DNA of 23,596 bases from Nanobdellota archaeon (lineage in GTDB: Archaea > Nanobdellota > Nanobdellia > Pacearchaeales > GW2011-AR1): the NCBI GenBank assembly GCA_038044285.1, contig JBBTAH010000031.1, forward strand, positions 1 through 23,596. Reading direction: 5' to 3'. Shown here one piece after another: positions 21,083 through 23,596 of this stretch. Both the position numbers and the translations under genes were made by a program. The notes beneath the pieces are model-generated. The model was not told the origin of the DNA. It saw only the letters and a list, made by a program, of their open reading frames with translations, and made no database searches. The first letter of the stretch is position 1, and each line of letters starts with the position of its first letter.

Positions 21083-23596
21083 TTATTTCCCCCCCCTTCT
21101 TCTTGTCATGAATCCTTCTATTATTGAGACAATTTCTTCAGGAGTTCTTACTGTCTTTTGTGCAGGTTCTATTGAGGGCCTTTGTGCTTTTCTTGAACTT
21201 ATGACTGCTCCGTTATTAACGAATTGGAATTGGGTGCATAGCTCTTCACGATATCCTTGAGGGCTGTTTTTTCCTGATTCTCTTATATCGCCGTTTCCAG
21301 GATTTGAGTATAATGATTCTGAGCTTAAAATAAAAAATCTGTCTAACGAACGGTCTTTGTACGAGGCGGGCGGATTGTCGTGGGTTTTTTTGACTACAGT
21401 GACATAAACTTCATATTTATCTGATAGTCCGTCAATTGCTTTTACGACGCCTGTTCTTTCTGGGACTGGCTCGAGACCAATTCTTCTTAATCCTTCCTGC
21501 AATAACTCGCTTCCTGTTTCTTCTACAAGCTTTGACGGGAGAGTTATAATTCCGTATCCTCCTGGTCTGATTATTCTGCTTGTTTCTAATGCCATTCTTT
21601 TTCTTCCGCCGTTTTCACTATTTCCGTAATGAAGAACTAACGAAAGAACTGCTAAGTCATATTCACGTGATTTTACTTCTTTTGATAAATCTTCTATGTC
21701 TGCGACCAGTGTTTCAACTCCTATTCCGAGAGCTTCCGCCTCCCTTTTTCCTATTTTTAACTGATGGGGATTAATATCAACGCACAAACTTGGCCTTCTT
21801 AATTTTCTTGAAACTGTCGCCGGAGAGCCGAGGTCAATTATTTTTTCTAATTTGCTTCCTTCTTTTCCTTCTATTTCACGAACAAGACCTTCAATTAATC
21901 TTGCTGTGTGGGCAGAGTACGAGCTTTCCCATTTAAAGTTGTAAGCCTGCGCATAAATCTGCGCATGGTCTCCTTCTGCAAGATAAGTTCTATTTTTTTC
22001 TGACCCTTTGTTCAACATATGGCCGCTCATCATTCTTATTTGTGAGCGTGCGTTCATCATGTATCTTTTAATAGGTGTTTGTGCGACAATTGGTTTTTTC
22101 TTGGCAAGCGCTTCTTTTTGCTCTTCTGATAATTCGCGGCCGCCTTCTGCCTCTTCTATTCCTGCTCTTTTTATTTCTTCTGTGTCTTCGTATATTCCTT
22201 GCTCAACTGTTCCGCCCATTATTAATGTGTGCACATTTACTTCTTTTTGCTGTCCTCTTCGTGCAATTCTACCAATTGCCTGGTCATTCAAGCCAGGAGA
22301 GAAATCTCTCATGATGAACACGCAGTTGTTTGCTGCGTGCAAGTCCTGTCCTTCTCTGATTGAATCAATGCTTGCGACCAGGACTCTTTTGTCTGGGTTT
22401 GTCTGGAATTCAAGTCTTCTTTTGTCTCTTTCACTGTATCTCTCTTTTCCAGGATCTGAGCTTACTGTTCCGTCTATTCTTATTGAGCCGTGTTCTGCGT
22501 ATCTTTGTTCTAATCTTTCTGTGATTCCATTTCTTAATTTTGTCCAAATTACTATTTTCTCTCCTTTTTCCACTGCTTCTTTTACTAGTTTATCCAGCTC
22601 TTTGTATTTTGTTGAGTCTATTCTTTTTGTGGCTTCCAGCAAACCAGGATTTGCTTGGAAAAATTCTTCCATTTTTCTTCTTGATTTTCCTTCGTGATTT
22701 TCCGGCAAAAGAAGAGTCCCGTCTGTTGCTGCTAATCTTGTTAGGACGAATTTTCTTCCCATTCCAAATTCTTTGTGGTCTAATACACTCCAGTATAATC
22801 TTTCTTCGTCTGGACTCATGCTCAAATATGTCGGAGGATTGATATTTACTTTAGGAACTCCTGGAAGATTTCTGAATGTTGTAACTGGCTCTTTGCTGAA
22901 CCTTCTTAAGAAGAGACGTATTAATCTTGGATTGCCTTCGTATGCTGTTTTGAAATTTTCTGCTGTTGGGAAATTTTCAGGGTCAAGCAAAGAAGCTAAT
23001 TCTCCGATGTCATCTAAATTGTCTGGAAACGGATTTCCTGTCATGGCGTAGAACCTGTCTGCACCTAGAGCGAGCTTTCTTACTGCTTTTGAGCGAAGAG
23101 CTTCTGGATTTTTTGCGTTGTGCGATTCGTCTAAGCATAACATCATCTGTTCTTGTGATGTTTCTACTGCCGAAAGAATTCTGTCTGCGAGAGTTACCTG
23201 ATCGTCTGTTATTCTTGGCTCTTCTCTTCTTAATCTTGCTATTTCGTGAGCTATATCGTCGGGGGTTTTGTTGTCAACTGTTCTGAAAAGTGCGTCGTAA
23301 CTTATTAATGTCCAGCCCAAAGTTCCATCTGCGATTCCTTTTTCAAATTTTTCTATTGCTTCTTTTCTGCTTCCACTTGTTATTGTTAAGACTTCCTGCC
23401 TGTCTTCAAGATATTCTCTTAATTTTGCTTCCCAGCTACTCAAGACAAAATTAGGACAAACTATTATAGGATTAATTTTTTCTCCGTCTAAGACTAATTG
23501 CTCTAACGCGAGTTTTGCTTTTATTACTGGTGCTGTTTTTCCTGCGCCTGCGCCGTCACGTATTAATAAGCGGCCGCGCTCTAACATTTGTGTTGT
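21083..23596 (-). CDS. SNF2-family ATPase/translocase fused to a C-terminal class-I (Methyltransf_11/25-like) methyltransferase-fold domain; 5' end probably beyond the window
   Basis: The SNF2 motifs are present: I DGAGAGKT, II LDESHNAKN (23120..23131 encodes DESH), III AMTGNPFPDNLDDIGELASLL, and V-VI SIREGQDLHAANNCVFIMRDFSPGLNDQAIGRIARRGQQKEV. The C-terminal region (about 21383..21970) follows the Rossmann methyltransferase order: KIIDLGSPATV (atypical motif I), LCVDINP, LVADIEDL, YDLAVLSLVLHY, RIIRPGGYGIITLP. The frame stays open from Met 23587 to the window edge, and only 10 residues precede motif I, so the N-terminus is likely truncated. Confidence 0.85.
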   Translation of the reverse strand, partial: TTQMLERGRLLIRDGAGAGKTAPVIKAKLALEQLVLDGEKINPIIVCPNFVLSSWEAKLREYLEDRQEVLTITSGSRKEAIEKFEKGIADGTLGWTLISYDALFRTVDNKTPDDIAHEIARLRREEPRITDDQVTLADRILSAVETSQEQMMLCLDESHNAKNPEALRSKAVRKLALGADRFYAMTGNPFPDNLDDIGELASLLDPENFPTAENFKTAYEGNPRLIRLFLRRFSKEPVTTFRNLPGVPKVNINPPTYLSMSPDEERLYWSVLDHKEFGMGRKFVLTRLAATDGTLLLPENHEGKSRRKMEEFFQANPGLLEATKRIDSTKYKELDKLVKEAVEKGEKIVIWTKLRNGITERLEQRYAEHGSIRIDGTVSSDPGKERYSERDKRRLEFQTNPDKRVLVASIDSIREGQDLHAANNCVFIMRDFSPGLNDQAIGRIARRGQQKEVNVHTLIMGGTVEQGIYEDTEEIKRAGIEEAEGGRELSEEQKEALAKKKPIVAQTPIKRYMMNARSQIRMMSGHMLNKGSEKNRTYLAEGDHAQIYAQAYNFKWESSYSAHTARLIEGLVREIEGKEGSKLEKIIDLGSPATVSRKLRRPSLCVDINPHQLKIGKREAEALGIGVETLVADIEDLSKEVKSREYDLAVLSLVLHYGNSENGGRKRMALETSRIIRPGGYGIITLPSKLVEETGSELLQEGLRRIGLEPVPERTGVVKAIDGLSDKYEVYVTVVKKTHDNPPASYKDRSLDRFFILSSESLYSNPGNGDIRESGKNSPQGYREELCTQFQFVNNGAVISSRKAQRPSIEPAQKTVRTPEEIVSIIEGFMTRRRGGK

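Noticed and set aside
21359-21376. NPPASY near the C-terminus as a candidate methyltransferase catalytic motif
   Set aside because: It lies about 60 residues after the last strand of the Rossmann-like domain, not after strand 4, and it is not a true (D/N)PP(Y/F/W) motif.
22826-22840. NPPTY in the SNF2 protein, resembling the DNA N6-adenine methyltransferase motif IV (NPPY)
   Set aside because: It lies in the linker between the two RecA-like lobes of the SNF2 core (LPGVPKVNINPPTYLSMSPDEERLY), not within a methyltransferase fold. It also has an extra residue.
1-23596. The many 64-230-aa ORFs in the track that lie antisense to, or out of frame within, the long genes. Examples are 624..860, 710..979, 894..1154, 1743..1988, 2165..2386, 3280..3654, 3983..4258, 4569..4913, 5551..5907, 6042..6310, 7450..7854, 10151..10483, 11425..11664, 11945..12304, 13343..13591, 14348..14608, 15893..16186, 17839..18207, 19458..19700, 19938..20425 and 22008..23286.
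   Set aside because: Each one is fully embedded in a longer ORF that has recognisable motifs or better context. Their translations are low-complexity and rich in Leu, Phe, Ser and Cys, as is typical of shadow frames. None has a TATA box at the local spacing.
1-23596. CRISPR arrays, rRNA genes, IS elements or transposases, integrases, and long direct or terminal inverted repeats
   Set aside because: I recognised none while reading both strands. The only notable repeats are the GGN tract, the C8/G8 run and the 19560..19608 inverted repeat. I cannot exclude diverged repeats without a computational self-comparison.

Overview
This is an AT-rich, tightly packed archaeal chromosome fragment. The gene content (GatD/GatE, archaeal-type ProRS, Nre, a tRNA with a bulge-helix-bulge intron) points to a small-genome archaeon, plausibly DPANN-like. 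TATA-like 8-mers centred about 25-26 nt upstream of nearly every first-in-unit ATG suggest leaderless mRNAs and fit that picture. This placement is inference; no search was run. Positions 1-15113 hold recognisable housekeeping and envelope genes: a partial Nre, a hypothetical protein, a DUF202 membrane protein and a tiny membrane protein. These are followed by a membrane-anchored ArsR-type wHTH protein, a secreted COG4880-type beta-propeller protein and a DHH/DHHA1 phosphoesterase. The rest are an acylphosphatase-UppS fusion, GatB, an intron-containing tRNA-Arg(UCG), an M1 aminopeptidase, ProRS, GatD and an unusually short GatE. Positions 15186-23596 are different: six consecutive genes in which only an SNF2 ATPase core is confidently recognisable. 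They form a plus-strand ATGA-coupled pair of orphan proteins (574 and 517 aa, the second with a 14-codon poly-Gly tract) converging on minus-strand genes. The minus-strand genes are an SNF2 ATPase fused to a class-I methyltransferase-like domain (5' end off the window), a 463-aa orphan, a possible AAG/Mpg-like glycosylase and a 146-aa orphan. A striking GC-rich compound stem-loop plus a canonical TATA box lies between the two minus-strand gene pairs. This block is my candidate for an undescribed system (nucleic-acid modification or surveillance, or a mobile-element module), but nothing I can see establishes its function. I recognised no CRISPR array, rRNA, transposase or integrase.
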